From NCBI GenBank assembly GCA_965237675.1, contig OZ250150.1, forward strand, positions 3,936,001 through 4,000,000: a DNA stretch of 64,000 nt, read 5' to 3'. Below the pieces are notes generated by a model. That model was not told the origin of the DNA. It saw only the letters and a program-made list of their open reading frames with translations, and searched no databases. Position numbers and translations under genes: made by a program. This document shows positions 28,549 through 40,358 of the stretch, piece after piece; the first letter of the stretch is position 1; every line of letters begins with the position of its first letter. Origin of the DNA: Candidatus Latescibacterota bacterium (GTDB lineage: Bacteria; Latescibacterota; UBA2968; GCA-2709665).

Positions 28549-30999
28549 TTACGCCACGATATTAACGAGGCGATTGGGAACGACAATTACCTTTCTGGGG
28601 ACCTTGTCCGCCAGATGGGTCCTGACGTTGGGCTGCTCCAACGCCAGTTTTTTTACGTCGTCGCCGTCGGCATCCACCTCCACCTGAAACCGTGCACGGA
28701 CTTTGCCGTTGACCTGTACCGGCATCTGAATGGTTGACGGGCGTGCAAGGGTTTCATCCCATTCGGGCCAGGCTTGTTGGTGAATGCTGTAGCTCCCGCC
28801 GATGCGTTCCCACAATTCTTCTGACAAGTGCGGTGCAAAGGGCGCCAATAACAGGCAAAGCGACCGGATGGCTCCTTTCCAGGCGTCCGAGTCCGCAACT
28901 GACGCGGCTTTTGCTTTTCCGAGCCGGTTGACGAAGGTCATCAGCGCGGCCACGGCGGTGTTGAAGTTGAACGACTCTAGATCCTCCGAAACCTTCTTGA
29001 TCGCCTGGTGGGTCACCCTCCGCAGTTCCGTCTCCTCCCCCTTCCCCGGTGGTTCACCCTCCAACGCCGGCTCCACGACCAGCGACCAGACCCGGTTCAG
29101 AAATCGGGGTACGCCCTCCATGCTCGCCGAGTTCCAGGGGCCGCCCTGGTCCCAGCGGCTGATGAACATCAGATACGCCCGAACGCTGTCGACGCCGCAT
29201 GCATCGATGAGATCGTCCGGATTCACCACGTTGCCCCGGGACTTGCTCATCTTTTCAGAATCCTCGCCGAGTATGATTCCCTGGTTGAATAACCGGACCA
29301 TGGGTTCGGCTTCGTCCGTGGCGATCAGCTTCATATCCCGCATCGCCATGGTGAAAAAACGCGTATAGAGCAGATGCATCGTGGCGTGTTCTATACCGCC
29401 CGTATACTGATCCACCGGCAGCCAGTAGGCCCCCTCGATCGGATCGAACGGGCCCGCGGCGTATTGAGGACTGAGATACCGGTACTGATACCACGAAGAA
29501 CACATGAATGTATCCATCGTATCGGTTTCTCTCAACGCATCCCCGTGACATTCCGGGCAGGTCGTATGCAGGAATCCTTCGTGATGTTTCAGCGGAGATT
29601 CGCCCGTAGGCAGAAACTCCGCATCCTCCGGCAATGTCAATGGGAGGTCCCGCTCCGGGACGGGCACGACCCCACAGTCGGCGCAGTAGACGATCGGTAT
29701 GGGACAGCCCCAATATCGTTGACGAGAAATCAGCCAGTCGTGCAACCGGTAGTTTACCTTCCGTTTGCCGATTCCCCGATCCTCCAGGTCTTCAGCCACC
29801 GCATGCTTCGCGGCCTCGGATGGCATTCCGATGAACCGGCCGGAATTGACCAGCACGCCTTCTCCCTCGTATGGACGCGTCAGTGGGCGACCATCCCAAT
29901 CCGGAGGTGCAATAACCGTTGGAACGGGCAATCCGTACCGTTTCGCAAACCCGAAATCCCTTTCGTCGTGTCCCGGAACGGCCATAATGGCGCCGGTTCC
30001 GTACGTTGTCAGCACGTAGTCCGCGATAAAAATCGGAACCTCGGCGTCGTTCATCGGGTTAATCGCATACGCCCCCGTGAAAACACCGTCCCGTTCTCTG
30101 TCCAGCGACAACCGGTCGATCTCGGATCGCCGGGCGGCTTTTTCGCGGTACGACGCGACGTCGGCCGCCTGGTCCTGTGTGGTGATGGTATCCACAAGGT
30201 GATGCTCTGGCGCCAATACGGCGAAGGTAACCCCGAAAATCGTATCCGCACGCGTGGTGAAAACGCGGAACGACTCCCCGGTTCCCTTAATTATCATTTC
30301 AAACTCCACCCCTTCGCTGCGGCCGATCCAGTTGGACTGCATCGTTTCGACCCGGTCGGGCCAGTCCAGGCCAGAAAAATCCAGCAGCGAATCCGCATAT
30401 TTCGTAATCCGGAACAGCCACTGATCCAGGTTTTTTTTGATTACGGGCGTATCGCAGCGTTCACAGTGGCGGTCGTCTCCCCACACCTGCTCTCTCGCAA
30501 GTGTGGTATTGCAACGGGGGCACCAGTCCACCGGGGCCTTTTTGCGGTAAGCCAGTCCGTGGCGATAGAACTGCAGGAACAGCCACTGCGTCCACTTGTA
30601 ATATTCAGGCTCGCACGTTACGATTTCTCTTTCCCAGTCGAACATGGCGCCCATTTTCTTCAGATGCCGCCGCATTCTTTCCACGTTGTCCATCGTCCAC
30701 CTGGCCGGATGAATTCCCCTTTCGATGGCGGCATTCTCCGCCGGTAGTCCGAACGCATCAAAACCAATTGGAAACAGGACGTTATAACCTTTCATCCGCA
30801 TCCATCTGGCGCGAGCGTCTGAAGGCGCCATCGCATACCAGTGTCCGATATGCAGGTCTCCTGAGGTATACGGCAACATGGTCAGCGCGTAGTGCTTGGG
30901 CCTGCCTTCTTGAACGGTACTCTTGTAGAGCCCCGTCTCCTCCCAGCGTGTGCGCCATTTGGATTCGATCAACGCAAAGTCATATCCGCTGTCAGCCAT
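28549..30999 (-). CDS. leuS: Leucine--tRNA ligase
   Basis: HIGH, FDAFGLPAENAA, SRQRYWG, GGIEHA, KMSKS, VQVNGK. Confidence 0.97.
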   Translation of the reverse strand: MADSGYDFALIESKWRTRWEETGLYKSTVQEGRPKHYALTMLPYTSGDLHIGHWYAMAPSDARARWMRMKGYNVLFPIGFDAFGLPAENAAIERGIHPARWTMDNVERMRRHLKKMGAMFDWEREIVTCEPEYYKWTQWLFLQFYRHGLAYRKKAPVDWCPRCNTTLAREQVWGDDRHCERCDTPVIKKNLDQWLFRITKYADSLLDFSGLDWPDRVETMQSNWIGRSEGVEFEMIIKGTGESFRVFTTRADTIFGVTFAVLAPEHHLVDTITTQDQAADVASYREKAARRSEIDRLSLDRERDGVFTGAYAINPMNDAEVPIFIADYVLTTYGTGAIMAVPGHDERDFGFAKRYGLPVPTVIAPPDWDGRPLTRPYEGEGVLVNSGRFIGMPSEAAKHAVAEDLEDRGIGKRKVNYRLHDWLISRQRYWGCPIPIVYCADCGVVPVPERDLPLTLPEDAEFLPTGESPLKHHEGFLHTTCPECHGDALRETDTMDTFMCSSWYQYRYLSPQYAAGPFDPIEGAYWLPVDQYTGGIEHATMHLLYTRFFTMAMRDMKLIATDEAEPMVRLFNQGIILGEDSEKMSKSRGNVVNPDDLIDACGVDSVRAYLMFISRWDQGGPWNSASMEGVPRFLNRVWSLVVEPALEGEPPGKGEETELRRVTHQAIKKVSEDLESFNFNTAVAALMTFVNRLGKAKAASVADSDAWKGAIRSLCLLLAPFAPHLSEELWERIGGSYSIHQQAWPEWDETLARPSTIQMPVQVNGKVRARFQVEVDADGDDVKKLALEQPNVRTHLADKVPRKVIVVPNRLVNIVA

Positions 31000-31027
31000 C
31001 TGGCGGCTCCCTCTTCTCACATTTTAA

Positions 31028-31214
31028 GAAGCTGTTATAAAATTTCTGGTGAGTTCCCGAGCGCGAGCGAAAATGTGTCGGTTCAGGCGGGCGAATCCGC
31101 CTATGAGAGGCGAGGGGCGCGCAGCCTCGACTGAAGATACGGGTGGATTTGTCCAACGCAGACCGACGCTCTTGCAGCCGCGCGAAGACCGCCGGGAGGT
31201 TTTAAGACAGCTTC
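31028..31214. mobile_element. 187-bp MITE-like element, copy 1
   Basis: TIR GAAGCTGTTATAAAA...TTTTAAGACAGCTTC; near-identical to 37697-37883. Confidence 0.8.
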
Positions 31215-32509
31215 TAGGGGTAAAGCCTCTGCATCATCCGGGGAAACGGAATCGTCTCCCGTACATGCCGCAACCCGCAGATCCACGCCACGGTCCGCTC
31301 GATGCCCAGGCCGAAACCGGCGTGCGGCACCGATCCGTAACGCCTCAGGTCCAGGTACCATTGTAAAGGGGTCTCGTCAAGTCTGTGTTCGGCGATCTTC
31401 CGCCGCAATTCCTCCAGGTTGTCTTCCCGCTGCCCGCCCCCAATGATCTCTCCGTATCCTTCAGGCGCCAGCATATCCATGCACAGCGCAAGCCGGCCGT
31501 CGTTTGGATCTCCCTTCATATAAAAGGCTTTACACGTCGCCGGATACCTGTGCACCAGGACCGGACGATCGAACTGTTCGGCCAGAACCGTTTCTTCGTC
31601 GCCGCCGAAATCATCGCCCCACCCATGCGGGACGCCCTTTTGGTTCAGGATATCCACCGCTTCCGTATAGGAGATTCTAGGGAACGGTTTCTTCACGCGT
31701 TCGAGCGGCTCGAGTTCCCGTTCCAGTAGCTCCAACTCCTCCCGCCGGTTTTCCAGGATCTGCTGAACGACGGTGCTGACGAAATCTTCCGCCAGATCCA
31801 TGTCGCCATTCAGGTCCAGGTAAGCCACCTCCGGCTCGACCATCCAGAATTCGGTGAGGTGCCGTCGGGTTTTCGATTTCTCCGCTCTGAATGTCGGCCC
31901 AAAGCAGTATACCTTTCCGAAGGCCATGGCGCTGGCTTCCAGATAGAGTTGTCCACTCTGGGTCAGATAGGCATGATCGTCAAAGTAGTCGGTCTGAAAG
32001 AGCGTCGTGGTACCCTCACAGGATGAAGGTGTAAAAATCGGTGAATCCGTCAGGACGAATTCTCTTTTATCGAAATAATTCCTGCATGCCCGGATTACTT
32101 CGCTTCGCACCCGCAAAATGGCGTGCTGGCGGGAAGAACGCAGCCAGAGATGACGATGATCCATCAGAAAGGCGGTACCGTGCGCTTTTGGCGTTATGGG
32201 ATAGGGTTCCGATGCCTGGACCACCTCGAAATCGGAAACGCCGACCTCAAAACCAAGGGGCGAACGTGTGTCCTCGCGCACAACGCCCCAGACGCGCAGC
32301 GACGACTCCTGGGTCAGGTTACCGGAGCGCTCAAACAGGTCGGACGACACATCCCCCTTGAACACGATACATTGCACCACACCGGTTCCGTCTCTCAGTT
32401 GCAGAAAGTGCAGCTTTCCGCTGGAGCGTTTGTTGTGCAGCCAGCCCTGAAGAAGCACCTGACGCCCTTCGTACTCGGCGATCTTTGAAATCGAAATCGG
32501 TTCGGCCAT
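31214..32509 (-). CDS. asnS: Asparagine--tRNA ligase
   Basis: OB fold [51 protein letters not shown]. Confidence 0.95.
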   Translation of the reverse strand: MAEPISISKIAEYEGRQVLLQGWLHNKRSSGKLHFLQLRDGTGVVQCIVFKGDVSSDLFERSGNLTQESSLRVWGVVREDTRSPLGFEVGVSDFEVVQASEPYPITPKAHGTAFLMDHRHLWLRSSRQHAILRVRSEVIRACRNYFDKREFVLTDSPIFTPSSCEGTTTLFQTDYFDDHAYLTQSGQLYLEASAMAFGKVYCFGPTFRAEKSKTRRHLTEFWMVEPEVAYLDLNGDMDLAEDFVSTVVQQILENRREELELLERELEPLERVKKPFPRISYTEAVDILNQKGVPHGWGDDFGGDEETVLAEQFDRPVLVHRYPATCKAFYMKGDPNDGRLALCMDMLAPEGYGEIIGGGQREDNLEELRRKIAEHRLDETPLQWYLDLRRYGSVPHAGFGLGIERTVAWICGLRHVRETIPFPRMMQRLYP

Positions 32510-32648
32510 CGTTTCCCTCTTTGAACCAGGCGGTCGTTGCGTCCGTATACCCCGCGTCAGGGCCCGACGACCCGCAGGATCTGCTGCGTCCTGGATATGG
32601 ACGCCGTGGTTCGCGATGTGTGGTACCCATGCGCAACGTCGCAAAACC

Positions 32649-32680
32649 AAAAAAGACGACCGGAAGTTGCCGATCGCCTT
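32649..32680 (-). terminator. Intrinsic terminator after pnp
   Basis: Minus strand AAGGCGATCGG-CAACTT-CCGGTCGTCTT followed by a T run. Confidence 0.65.
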
Positions 32681-32707
32681 CTGCCGACCATTGGTTTTCC
32701 AGCCAGA

Positions 32708-34846
32708 TCAGCGCCGATTGGGCCTTCGTGGACCTCGAGAGTGGCGGGGCGGTGGTTCGACGTACCCGGGGGGCGGTTGGAAAGTCGCCTTGCGACTGAG
32801 TCGAACCTTACCCTGATCGTCGATCGAAACCACCTTGACATCCACCTTATCCCCTTCGGACAGCACGTCTTCCACCTTGTTCACACGGTGGTAATCCAGC
32901 TCGGAAATGTGGCAGAGCCCCTCTTTCCCGGGGAGAATCTCGATAAAGGCTCCGAAGTCCAATGTTCGCTTGACCGTTCCATTGTATACACGGCCCACTT
33001 CCGGATCTTCCACCAGCGCCTTGATCATTTGCATGGCTTCTTCGCCGGCCGCAGCGTCGACCGAACTGACGGTTATCAACCCGTCGTCATCCACCGCTAC
33101 GGTGGCTCCCGTTTCTTCGATACGGCGGATGGTCTTTCCACCCGGGCCGATAACCGTGCCGATCTTGGAGGGATCGATATAGACTGAGAGAATGCGCGGC
33201 GCATAATGAGATAACTCCGCCCTGGGGCGGGAGATCGCTTCGTTCATTTTGCCCAGAATATGGTCCAGCGCTCCCCTGGCGCGCCCGAAGGCCTCCTGCA
33301 TAATCTCAAGACTGATTCCCTTGATTTTGATATCCAGCTGGATCGACGTCAATCCCTCGGCTGTCCCCGAAATCTTGAGATCCATATCGCCGAGATGGTC
33401 TTCCGCACCCAGAATATCGGTCAGCAATGCCCAGTTGGAACTGTCCTCCCCCATCACGAGCCCGACTCCCGCGCCCGCAACGGCCGTCTTGACGGGAACC
33501 CCCGCATCCATCAGTGCGAGCGATCCGCCGCACACCGTGGCCATGGACGACGAACTGTTCGATTCCAGAATCTCGGAAACCACCCGAATTGTATAGGGAA
33601 AGTGCTTTTCGTTGGGTATGACGGGTATCAGAGCCTTTTCCGCAAGAACGCCGTGTCCGATTTCCCGCCTTCCGGGAGCCCCGATCCGGCGGGTTTCCCC
33701 GACGCTGTACGACGGAAAGTTGTAGTCCAGCATGAAACTCTTAAAGGACCTTCCTTCGAGATCGTCCACCATCCGGGTATCCAGCTTGCTGCCCAGCGTG
33801 GCCACGCATAGCGCCTGGGTCTGCCCCCGTGTAAACAGAGCCGACCCGTGCGCGCGCGGCAAACTCCCGATTTCAATCTCGATCGGCCGCACTTCGTCCA
33901 GGTCCCTTCCATCGATCCGCCGGCCTTCTTCCAGAATCATCCGACGCATTTCCGCCTTGACAAGCGCCCCAATTTCAGCGGCGACTTCAGCGCGCGATTC
34001 CGGATACCCCTCTTCAAGGGCCGCCTGCACATCCTCCTCGATTCCGGCAATAACACTCGCCCGGTCTTCTTTCTCAGACAACCGGTTTGCCTCTCTGATG
34101 CGTTGAGCCGCCAGTTCCCTTACGGCTTCCCCAAGCGCTTCATCGGGTTCAGGTTCGACAACCACCCGCTTTGGTTTTCCGCATCGGGCTACCAGATCTT
34201 CCTGCATTTCCACCAGCCTGGCGATGGCATCCTGACCCGCCCGCAGCGCCCCCAGTACATCGGCTTCGGGTACCTCGTGGCATTCGCCTTCAACGGAAAT
34301 AATCGATTCCTTGTTGCCGGACACGATGATGTTGATATCGCTCTCTTCGAGCTGTTCATACGTGGGATTGATCACGTACTCCCCGTTAATCCGCCCTACC
34401 TTTACCGCACCAATCGGTCCTTCGAAGGGAATATCGGAGATACAGACAGCAGCCGACGCGCCGGTCATCGCCAGCACGGCAGGGTCATTCTCTTCATCGA
34501 ACGACAGCACGGTAACCAGAACCTGCGTTTCCACGTTCCGTTTCAGAAACAACGGCCGAATCTGGTGGTCAATCAGCCTGGCGCTCAACTTTTCCGTCGT
34601 GGAAGGCGCGCCTTCACGCTTGAAAAAGTTGCCGGGAATTCTGCCGCCCGCGTAGAACTTCTCTCGATAGTCCACCGTTAACGGGAAAAAATCCAGATCG
34701 GATTCTCTGGTATCCGCCACCGTCGCAACCAGCACTACGGTTTCACCATATTGCATCCATACGGCGCCGTGGGCCTGCTTGGCCACCCTCCCGTATTCGA
34801 TGGACAACGTCCGTCCTTCAAGTTCCATCTCAAATTTTTCTACCAT
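32708..34846 (-). CDS. pnp: Polyribonucleotide nucleotidyltransferase
   Basis: DFFPLTVDYRE, GSALFTRGQTQ, RREIGHG, EDHLGDMD, KH (IGPGG) and S1 domains. Confidence 0.97.
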   Translation of the reverse strand: MVEKFEMELEGRTLSIEYGRVAKQAHGAVWMQYGETVVLVATVADTRESDLDFFPLTVDYREKFYAGGRIPGNFFKREGAPSTTEKLSARLIDHQIRPLFLKRNVETQVLVTVLSFDEENDPAVLAMTGASAAVCISDIPFEGPIGAVKVGRINGEYVINPTYEQLEESDINIIVSGNKESIISVEGECHEVPEADVLGALRAGQDAIARLVEMQEDLVARCGKPKRVVVEPEPDEALGEAVRELAAQRIREANRLSEKEDRASVIAGIEEDVQAALEEGYPESRAEVAAEIGALVKAEMRRMILEEGRRIDGRDLDEVRPIEIEIGSLPRAHGSALFTRGQTQALCVATLGSKLDTRMVDDLEGRSFKSFMLDYNFPSYSVGETRRIGAPGRREIGHGVLAEKALIPVIPNEKHFPYTIRVVSEILESNSSSSMATVCGGSLALMDAGVPVKTAVAGAGVGLVMGEDSSNWALLTDILGAEDHLGDMDLKISGTAEGLTSIQLDIKIKGISLEIMQEAFGRARGALDHILGKMNEAISRPRAELSHYAPRILSVYIDPSKIGTVIGPGGKTIRRIEETGATVAVDDDGLITVSSVDAAAGEEAMQMIKALVEDPEVGRVYNGTVKRTLDFGAFIEILPGKEGLCHISELDYHRVNKVEDVLSEGDKVDVKVVSIDDQGKVRLSRKATFQPPPGYVEPPPRHSRGPRRPNRR

Positions 34847-34929
34847 CCACTCATTCTCCTCAACAAAAATGAAGTTGCCTATAGCCTGCAGCCATCAATC
34901 CGTGGGAGGTTCGATTTCGCTACTGGCAT

Positions 34930-35199
34930 TCAACCACGGATCCCGAGTTTGCCAATTAGTGTACGATATCCGGCGAGATCACGACGCTGCATATACGTCA
35001 TGAAACGCCGGCGCTGGCCAACCAGTTTGAGCAGCCCCCGGCGCGAATGGTGATCTTTCTTGTGGCGCTGGGCGTGCTCGGTCAACATTCTGATCCGCTC
35101 CGTCAACAGTGCGATCTGCACCTCGACGGATCCCGTATCCTGAGCGGCTCGACCGAAGGTCTCAACCAATTCGCCTTTCTTTTCATTTGTTAAACCCAA
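34930..35199 (-). CDS. rpsO: 30S ribosomal protein S15
   Basis: [24 protein letters not shown]; TTG start after GGAGG gives 89 aa. Confidence 0.95.
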   Translation of the reverse strand: MGLTNEKKGELVETFGRAAQDTGSVEVQIALLTERIRMLTEHAQRHKKDHHSRRGLLKLVGQRRRFMTYMQRRDLAGYRTLIGKLGIRG

Positions 35200-36146
35200 T
35201 GCCTTACCTCCATGTGATGAGCGCACTTCTCTTCTACGATTTCCCGGGCACGCTGCCCGTCTCTCTGAATTTGCGATACAAGTGCCTCCGAATTTCGAAA
35301 CCTGCGCTCGTCGCGCAGGCGCCCCACGAGTTCCAGGTATATCCGGCGTCCGTAGAGATCCCCGTTGAAATCCAGCAGGTGGGCCTCCAGCAGCCTGTTT
35401 TTTCCGTTAAACGTGGGACGCACGCCGAGGTTCAGAACGGCCGCATACGTTTCCGGAATAAATACTCTGGCGGCGTAGACGCCATTGGGAGGCAACAGCT
35501 TCATGGAATCGTCCAATGTAAGATTGGCGGTCGGAAAACCCAACTGTCGCCCGCGGCCTTCGCCCGACGCCACCCGGCCTGAAATGGGATATCCACCGCC
35601 AAGCAGTGCATGGGCTTCGTCGATCCGTCCACTTCCGATGAGGTCCCGAAGCCGGCTGCTGCTGACGGGGCAATCCCCCACCATAACCGGAGGAACAAGC
35701 GTGACCTCGAAACCGAATCGTTCACCCAGCGCCCGCATGGTCTCCAATCCACCGCTGCGGCCCTTGCCAAAGCCGTGATCGTAACCCAGTACCACAAGTT
35801 CGGCGCCGAGATATTCGACCAGATAGGTCGATACAAATGCCTCGGGACTCAACGTCTGTACCTGCCGGGTAAAAGGTATCACCGCCAGCAGGTCGATTCC
35901 GGCATCGCTGAGCCGTCGGCGCTTCTCGTCCAGGGAGGTCAGGACAACCGGCGGGTCGCCAGGATGGATGACGGCCCGGGGGTGCGGATCGAAGGTGATG
36001 GCAACGGCGGTGCCGGACCGCGCCCGGGCTATGGAGACAACGGCTTCAAGGACAGCACGATGTCCGCGGTGGACACCGTCGAATGTGCCGACCGTGACAA
36101 CCGCGTTGGAAATCCCGAGAGCCTCTTCTAACCACCGTGTCTGCAT
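35190..36146 (-). CDS. ribF: Bifunctional riboflavin kinase/FAD synthetase
   Basis: [42 protein letters not shown]. Confidence 0.95.
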   Translation of the reverse strand: MQTRWLEEALGISNAVVTVGTFDGVHRGHRAVLEAVVSIARARSGTAVAITFDPHPRAVIHPGDPPVVLTSLDEKRRRLSDAGIDLLAVIPFTRQVQTLSPEAFVSTYLVEYLGAELVVLGYDHGFGKGRSGGLETMRALGERFGFEVTLVPPVMVGDCPVSSSRLRDLIGSGRIDEAHALLGGGYPISGRVASGEGRGRQLGFPTANLTLDDSMKLLPPNGVYAARVFIPETYAAVLNLGVRPTFNGKNRLLEAHLLDFNGDLYGRRIYLELVGRLRDERRFRNSEALVSQIQRDGQRAREIVEEKCAHHMEVRHWV

Positions 36147-36151
36147 CTGTT

Positions 36152-37072
36152 TCAACCTTTGGGTTGACCTAGCACCCGCACAGGCTTCAAGATCCCGTCG
36201 TCGGCTCTCCACTTCCCGATGCCGAGCAACACCCCCTCGGGATAAAGCGCCCGTACGAGCCGGCCGGACTCAAGGGCGTTTCCGTCCACGACATTGGCGA
36301 CCGCGTTGCCATGAACAAAACAACCTGCCTGAACGGCGTTAAGGGTAAGGCCGGGCAGATCGTGCAACAACCGGCTGGGATCCATCAGATACGGCTGCAG
36401 ATCCTCCTGCGACCCGACCGTTTCGAGCCGGCTGAGGGTAACACACTCGTCGATACGTACGGGTCCGGCGGCCGTGCGTCTGAGCCCCGCGAGATGCGCG
36501 CCGCAACCCAGTTCCCGGCCGATGTCGTCGGCCAGGGTACGGATATAGGTCCCCTTTGAACAGGAGACCGTCAGGTGGAGATCGGGAGGATTGAACGCTT
36601 CAACATCGATTTCGTAAATGCGGATACGGGTCGGTCGCCGGACGACTTCCCGGCCCTCCCGAGCCAATTGGTACAATCGCCTGCCATCCACCTTCCGGGC
36701 TGAAAACATCGGCGGCATCTGTTCAATTTCACCAACAAAAGATGCCACCGCGCGATGGACAACCGCCATCTCGGTGGGTACGCGGTCCGACCGGGCTATG
36801 ACTTCGCCTTCCGCATCGAGGGTGTTGGTCCGGATTCCCAGCCGGATGTGTGCGGAATAGGTTTTGTCGTGGTTTGCGAGATAGGAACTGAGTCGCGTCG
36901 CCCGGCCCAGGCACACCACCAGAACTCCCGTCGCGAGCGGGTCCAGGGTGCCCGTGTGCCCCACTTTTTGGATGTGCATCCGTCGACGAACACGGTCTAT
37001 TACATCGTGAGACGTCAGTCCCAGCTCCTTGTCGATGGGCAACACACCAGTGACGTTGATCCCTACCTCCAT
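36152..37072 (-). CDS. truB: tRNA pseudouridine(55) synthase
   Basis: KVGHTGTLDPLATG, QMPPMFSA, CSKGTYIRTL. Confidence 0.95.
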   Translation of the reverse strand: MEVGINVTGVLPIDKELGLTSHDVIDRVRRRMHIQKVGHTGTLDPLATGVLVVCLGRATRLSSYLANHDKTYSAHIRLGIRTNTLDAEGEVIARSDRVPTEMAVVHRAVASFVGEIEQMPPMFSARKVDGRRLYQLAREGREVVRRPTRIRIYEIDVEAFNPPDLHLTVSCSKGTYIRTLADDIGRELGCGAHLAGLRRTAAGPVRIDECVTLSRLETVGSQEDLQPYLMDPSRLLHDLPGLTLNAVQAGCFVHGNAVANVVDGNALESGRLVRALYPEGVLLGIGKWRADDGILKPVRVLGQPKG

Positions 37073-37073
37073 T

Positions 37074-37412
37074 CTACGGTTTCAAGTCATCCAGCAGTCT
37101 GTCTATTCTGCTGGCTCGCTCCAGCGTCTGATCCAGTTCAAACTCCAGTTCCGGCACGTTCTTCAGCCGGATCCGCCTCCCGAGTTCCTTGCGGAGATAG
37201 GGCCGCGCCCGCTGCAGAGTTTTCAGGCTCGCGTCACGGATCCGATCCTCACCCATCACGCTAATGTAAACCCGTGCGAACTTCAAATCTCGCGCCACGT
37301 GCACCCCTGTGACTGTGACGTAGCCCAGACGAGGGTCCTTTACGTGCCGGTGGATCAATTCGCTCAATTCTTCCTGAATCTGCCTTCCGATGCTTTCTGG
37401 GCGCCACATCAC
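37074..37412 (-). CDS. rbfA: Ribosome-binding factor A
   Basis: VKDPRL, VTVTGV, ARVYIS, VPELEF; position in the infB operon. Confidence 0.92.
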   Translation of the reverse strand: MMWRPESIGRQIQEELSELIHRHVKDPRLGYVTVTGVHVARDLKFARVYISVMGEDRIRDASLKTLQRARPYLRKELGRRIRLKNVPELEFELDQTLERASRIDRLLDDLKP

Positions 37413-37690
37413 ATCATTTCCAGGGAATAGTCGATGAGCTCCACGCGATGGTCACGTTGCACCATTTCCACGACATTGGAAAGCACGCGATTGACGAAAC
37501 GCGATTCGTTCGCCACCATTGCCACGCCGACCTCCGCCTTCTGCCAGAGTTCGTTATGGCCGACCTCCGAAACGGATACGTTATATTTCGCGCGGACCCT
37601 CTGTCGAAGGCTTTCGAGAATGCGGCGTTTGTCCTTTAACGAACCACTTTCGGGCAGATACAACACCAGACGACAAAGGCCAAGGGTCAT
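37409..37690 (-). CDS. DUF503 (YlxP-like) protein
   Basis: SLKDKR, YNVSVSEV; typical position between infB and rbfA. Confidence 0.88.
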   Translation of the reverse strand: MTLGLCRLVLYLPESGSLKDKRRILESLRQRVRAKYNVSVSEVGHNELWQKAEVGVAMVANESRFVNRVLSNVVEMVQRDHRVELIDYSLEMM

Positions 37691-37696
37691 AAGTTG

Positions 37697-37883
37697 GAAG
37701 CTGTCTTAAAATTCCTGGCGCGTTCCCGAGCGCGAGCGAAAAGGTGTCGGGCAAGGCGGGCGAACCCGCCTATGAGAGGCGAGGGGCGCGCAGCCTCGAC
37801 TGAAGATACGGGTGGGTTTGACCCAACGCAGACCGACGCTTTTGCAGCCGCGCGAAGACCGCTGGGGGTTTTAAGACAGCTTC
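37697..37883. mobile_element. 187-bp MITE-like element, copy 2
   Basis: TIR GAAGCTGTCTTAAAA...TTTTAAGACAGCTTC; abuts the infB stop codon. Confidence 0.8.
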
Positions 37884-40358
37884 TTAGAGCGTGCGCGCGG
37901 TTTCAACCTGTTCATAGGCCTCGATCACATCGCCCAGCTTGGTATCGTTGAAATTCTCCAGACCGATACCGCATTCGAACCCCGACTGAACCTCTCTCAC
38001 GTCGTCCTTGAACCTGCGCAGGGATCCAATCCGGCCCTCGTAGACCACGACATTGTCTCGCAGCACGCGCACCATGGCGCTGCGCGTCATGGTGCCGTTG
38101 GAGATATAACAGCCGGCGATGATTCCGACCCGCGGCACCTGGAACGTCTCCCGGACCTGGGCCGATCCCACGATCTGTTCATCGATATCGGGAGTGAGCA
38201 ACCCTGCCAGCGCCGACCTGATATCTTCAACCGCTTCGTAAATAACCCGATAGGAGCGCACATCCACTCTCTCGTGTACAACCACCTCGCGCGCACGGAG
38301 ATCCGGCCGTACATTGAAACCAATGATGATCGCATCGGAGGCGGAAGCGAGCAGAACATCGGATTCCGACACCGCGCCAACCCCCCGGTGGATCACGTTG
38401 ATTCGAACTTCCTCGCTCGGGATCTGCATCAGAGAATCGTGAAGCGCTTCAACGGATCCGTCGACGTCGCCTTTGAGAATCAGACGCAACTCCTGTACCT
38501 GTCCGGCCTTGATCTGATTGTGAATGTCGACCAGGCTCACCCTGCGAATCCGGTGGGCCTCCCGCTCGCGGCGTAACTGTTGTCTTTTCTGGCTGATTTC
38601 CCGGGCGGTTCGTTCGTTTTCCACGGAGTAAAAGGAATCTCCGGCCTGAGGCAGTCCAGCCAGGCCGAGCACCTGAACCGGCACCGACGGTCCCGCCTGG
38701 GGAACCGGATGGCCGCGCTCGTCCAAAAGGGCCCTCGCCCTGCCACTGTAGAGCCCCGTGACAAAGGTATCGCCGACCTTGAGTGTCCCTTTCTGCACAA
38801 GCACGGTCGCCACATTGCCGCGGCCACGGTCAAGGCGCGCCTCCACAATGGCGCCTTTGGCACGCTTATTCGGGTTGGCCCTGAGCTCAAGCAGATCCGT
38901 TTCCAGGGCTAGCAACTCCAGCAGATCGTTGATATTCTCACCGGTTTTGGCTGAAATCTCACAGGATTGGACCTTGCCTCCGTAATTTTCAAGGATCACG
39001 TTGTGTTCCGCCAGTTGGCGCTTGATTCTATCCACATCCGCGCCGGGAAGATCTATCTTGTTGATAGCGAGCACTATGGGAACACCCGCGGCACGCGCAT
39101 GGTCGATGGCCTCCACGGTCTGCGGCATCACATTGTCGTCGGCCGCAACGATCAGTACGACCACGTCTGTCACCTGGGCTCCCCTGGCGCGCATCGCAGT
39201 AAAGGCCTCGTGACCGGGCGTATCCAGGAAAGTCACCATCCGGCCGTTGTCCAGTTCCACGTGATAGGCGCCGATGTGTTGGGTAATGCCCCCTGCCTCG
39301 CCGGCGACCACGTTGGTATTGCGGACATAATCCAGAAGGGACGTCTTTCCGTGGTCCACATGGCCCATGATCGTCACCACGGGAGGACGCGGCTCAAGAT
39401 CGTCATCCACGTCTTCGTCTTCCTGCTCGAGCACGTCTTCTGCGAATTCCTGGAGCTCTTCAACGCCTATTCCGAACTCGTCGGCAACCAGGATAATGGT
39501 GTCCATATCCAGCCGCTGGTTGATCGTGACCATCAGGCCAAGGGTGAGGCACTGTTTGATCACATCGGTGAGCGGTATGTCCATCAGGTTCGACAGTTCG
39601 CCGACGGTGGTAAACTCGCTTATCTTAATGACACGGTCTACCTCCACCTCCTCGTCTGCTGCCTCGTCGTCTCTGCTGTGACGTCGACGTGTCCGGGCCG
39701 TGCCGGACTCCATCTGTGCCAGCGTGCGTCGCACGCTGGCTTCAATTTCCCCCTGGTCGGGGGCGGATCTGCCGCGCCTTCGGCGTCGGCGCCTGCCTTC
39801 GGCGCGATCGGGGGTCGGTTTATCACCCGATTGTGGTGCATCGGCTTTCCGCCCGGAGTCCGCCTTGTCTATCACTTCCACCGACGGTACTTTTTGCGTT
39901 GTATCACGCCGCCGCCGCCGCCGCCGCGTCGCCTGGTCGTCGCGAATCTCGCGAATCTCGACAGCCGCCCGGACCGGCTCGGCGGGCCTGGGGGCGTCCG
40001 CAGGTTTGGATGCGGGCTTCTTGGCGCTTCGCGCTCTAGGCTTGGCAGGTGTCTTCGGAACTTCCTTTTTGGGTTCCTGACGTTGTTTTTTCTGAGCGGA
40101 CTTGCGTTTGATTTCCTGACGGGAGGCGTTCCGTTCCTCCTCGAATTTGCCTTGAATGCTCTCAAACATCTCCGTCGTACACACAGCCATGTGGTTCTTG
40201 ACATCGAACCCCAGGCCTCTGACGACCTCGACCATCGCAACACTGGAAAGATTGAACTCCCGTGCCACTTCGTAGATGCGTCTTTTTTTGTCATCGGCGT
40301 CATCGGATGCCGCCTTAGCGGTCTTTGCGGGTGCGTTTCTAATCATGATCCGATTCAC
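37884..40358 (-). CDS. infB: Translation initiation factor IF-2
   Basis: [33 protein letters not shown]. Confidence 0.97.
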   Translation of the reverse strand: MNRIMIRNAPAKTAKAASDDADDKKRRIYEVAREFNLSSVAMVEVVRGLGFDVKNHMAVCTTEMFESIQGKFEEERNASRQEIKRKSAQKKQRQEPKKEVPKTPAKPRARSAKKPASKPADAPRPAEPVRAAVEIREIRDDQATRRRRRRRDTTQKVPSVEVIDKADSGRKADAPQSGDKPTPDRAEGRRRRRRRGRSAPDQGEIEASVRRTLAQMESGTARTRRRHSRDDEAADEEVEVDRVIKISEFTTVGELSNLMDIPLTDVIKQCLTLGLMVTINQRLDMDTIILVADEFGIGVEELQEFAEDVLEQEDEDVDDDLEPRPPVVTIMGHVDHGKTSLLDYVRNTNVVAGEAGGITQHIGAYHVELDNGRMVTFLDTPGHEAFTAMRARGAQVTDVVVLIVAADDNVMPQTVEAIDHARAAGVPIVLAINKIDLPGADVDRIKRQLAEHNVILENYGGKVQSCEISAKTGENINDLLELLALETDLLELRANPNKRAKGAIVEARLDRGRGNVATVLVQKGTLKVGDTFVTGLYSGRARALLDERGHPVPQAGPSVPVQVLGLAGLPQAGDSFYSVENERTAREISQKRQQLRREREAHRIRRVSLVDIHNQIKAGQVQELRLILKGDVDGSVEALHDSLMQIPSEEVRINVIHRGVGAVSESDVLLASASDAIIIGFNVRPDLRAREVVVHERVDVRSYRVIYEAVEDIRSALAGLLTPDIDEQIVGSAQVRETFQVPRVGIIAGCYISNGTMTRSAMVRVLRDNVVVYEGRIGSLRRFKDDVREVQSGFECGIGLENFNDTKLGDVIEAYEQVETARTL

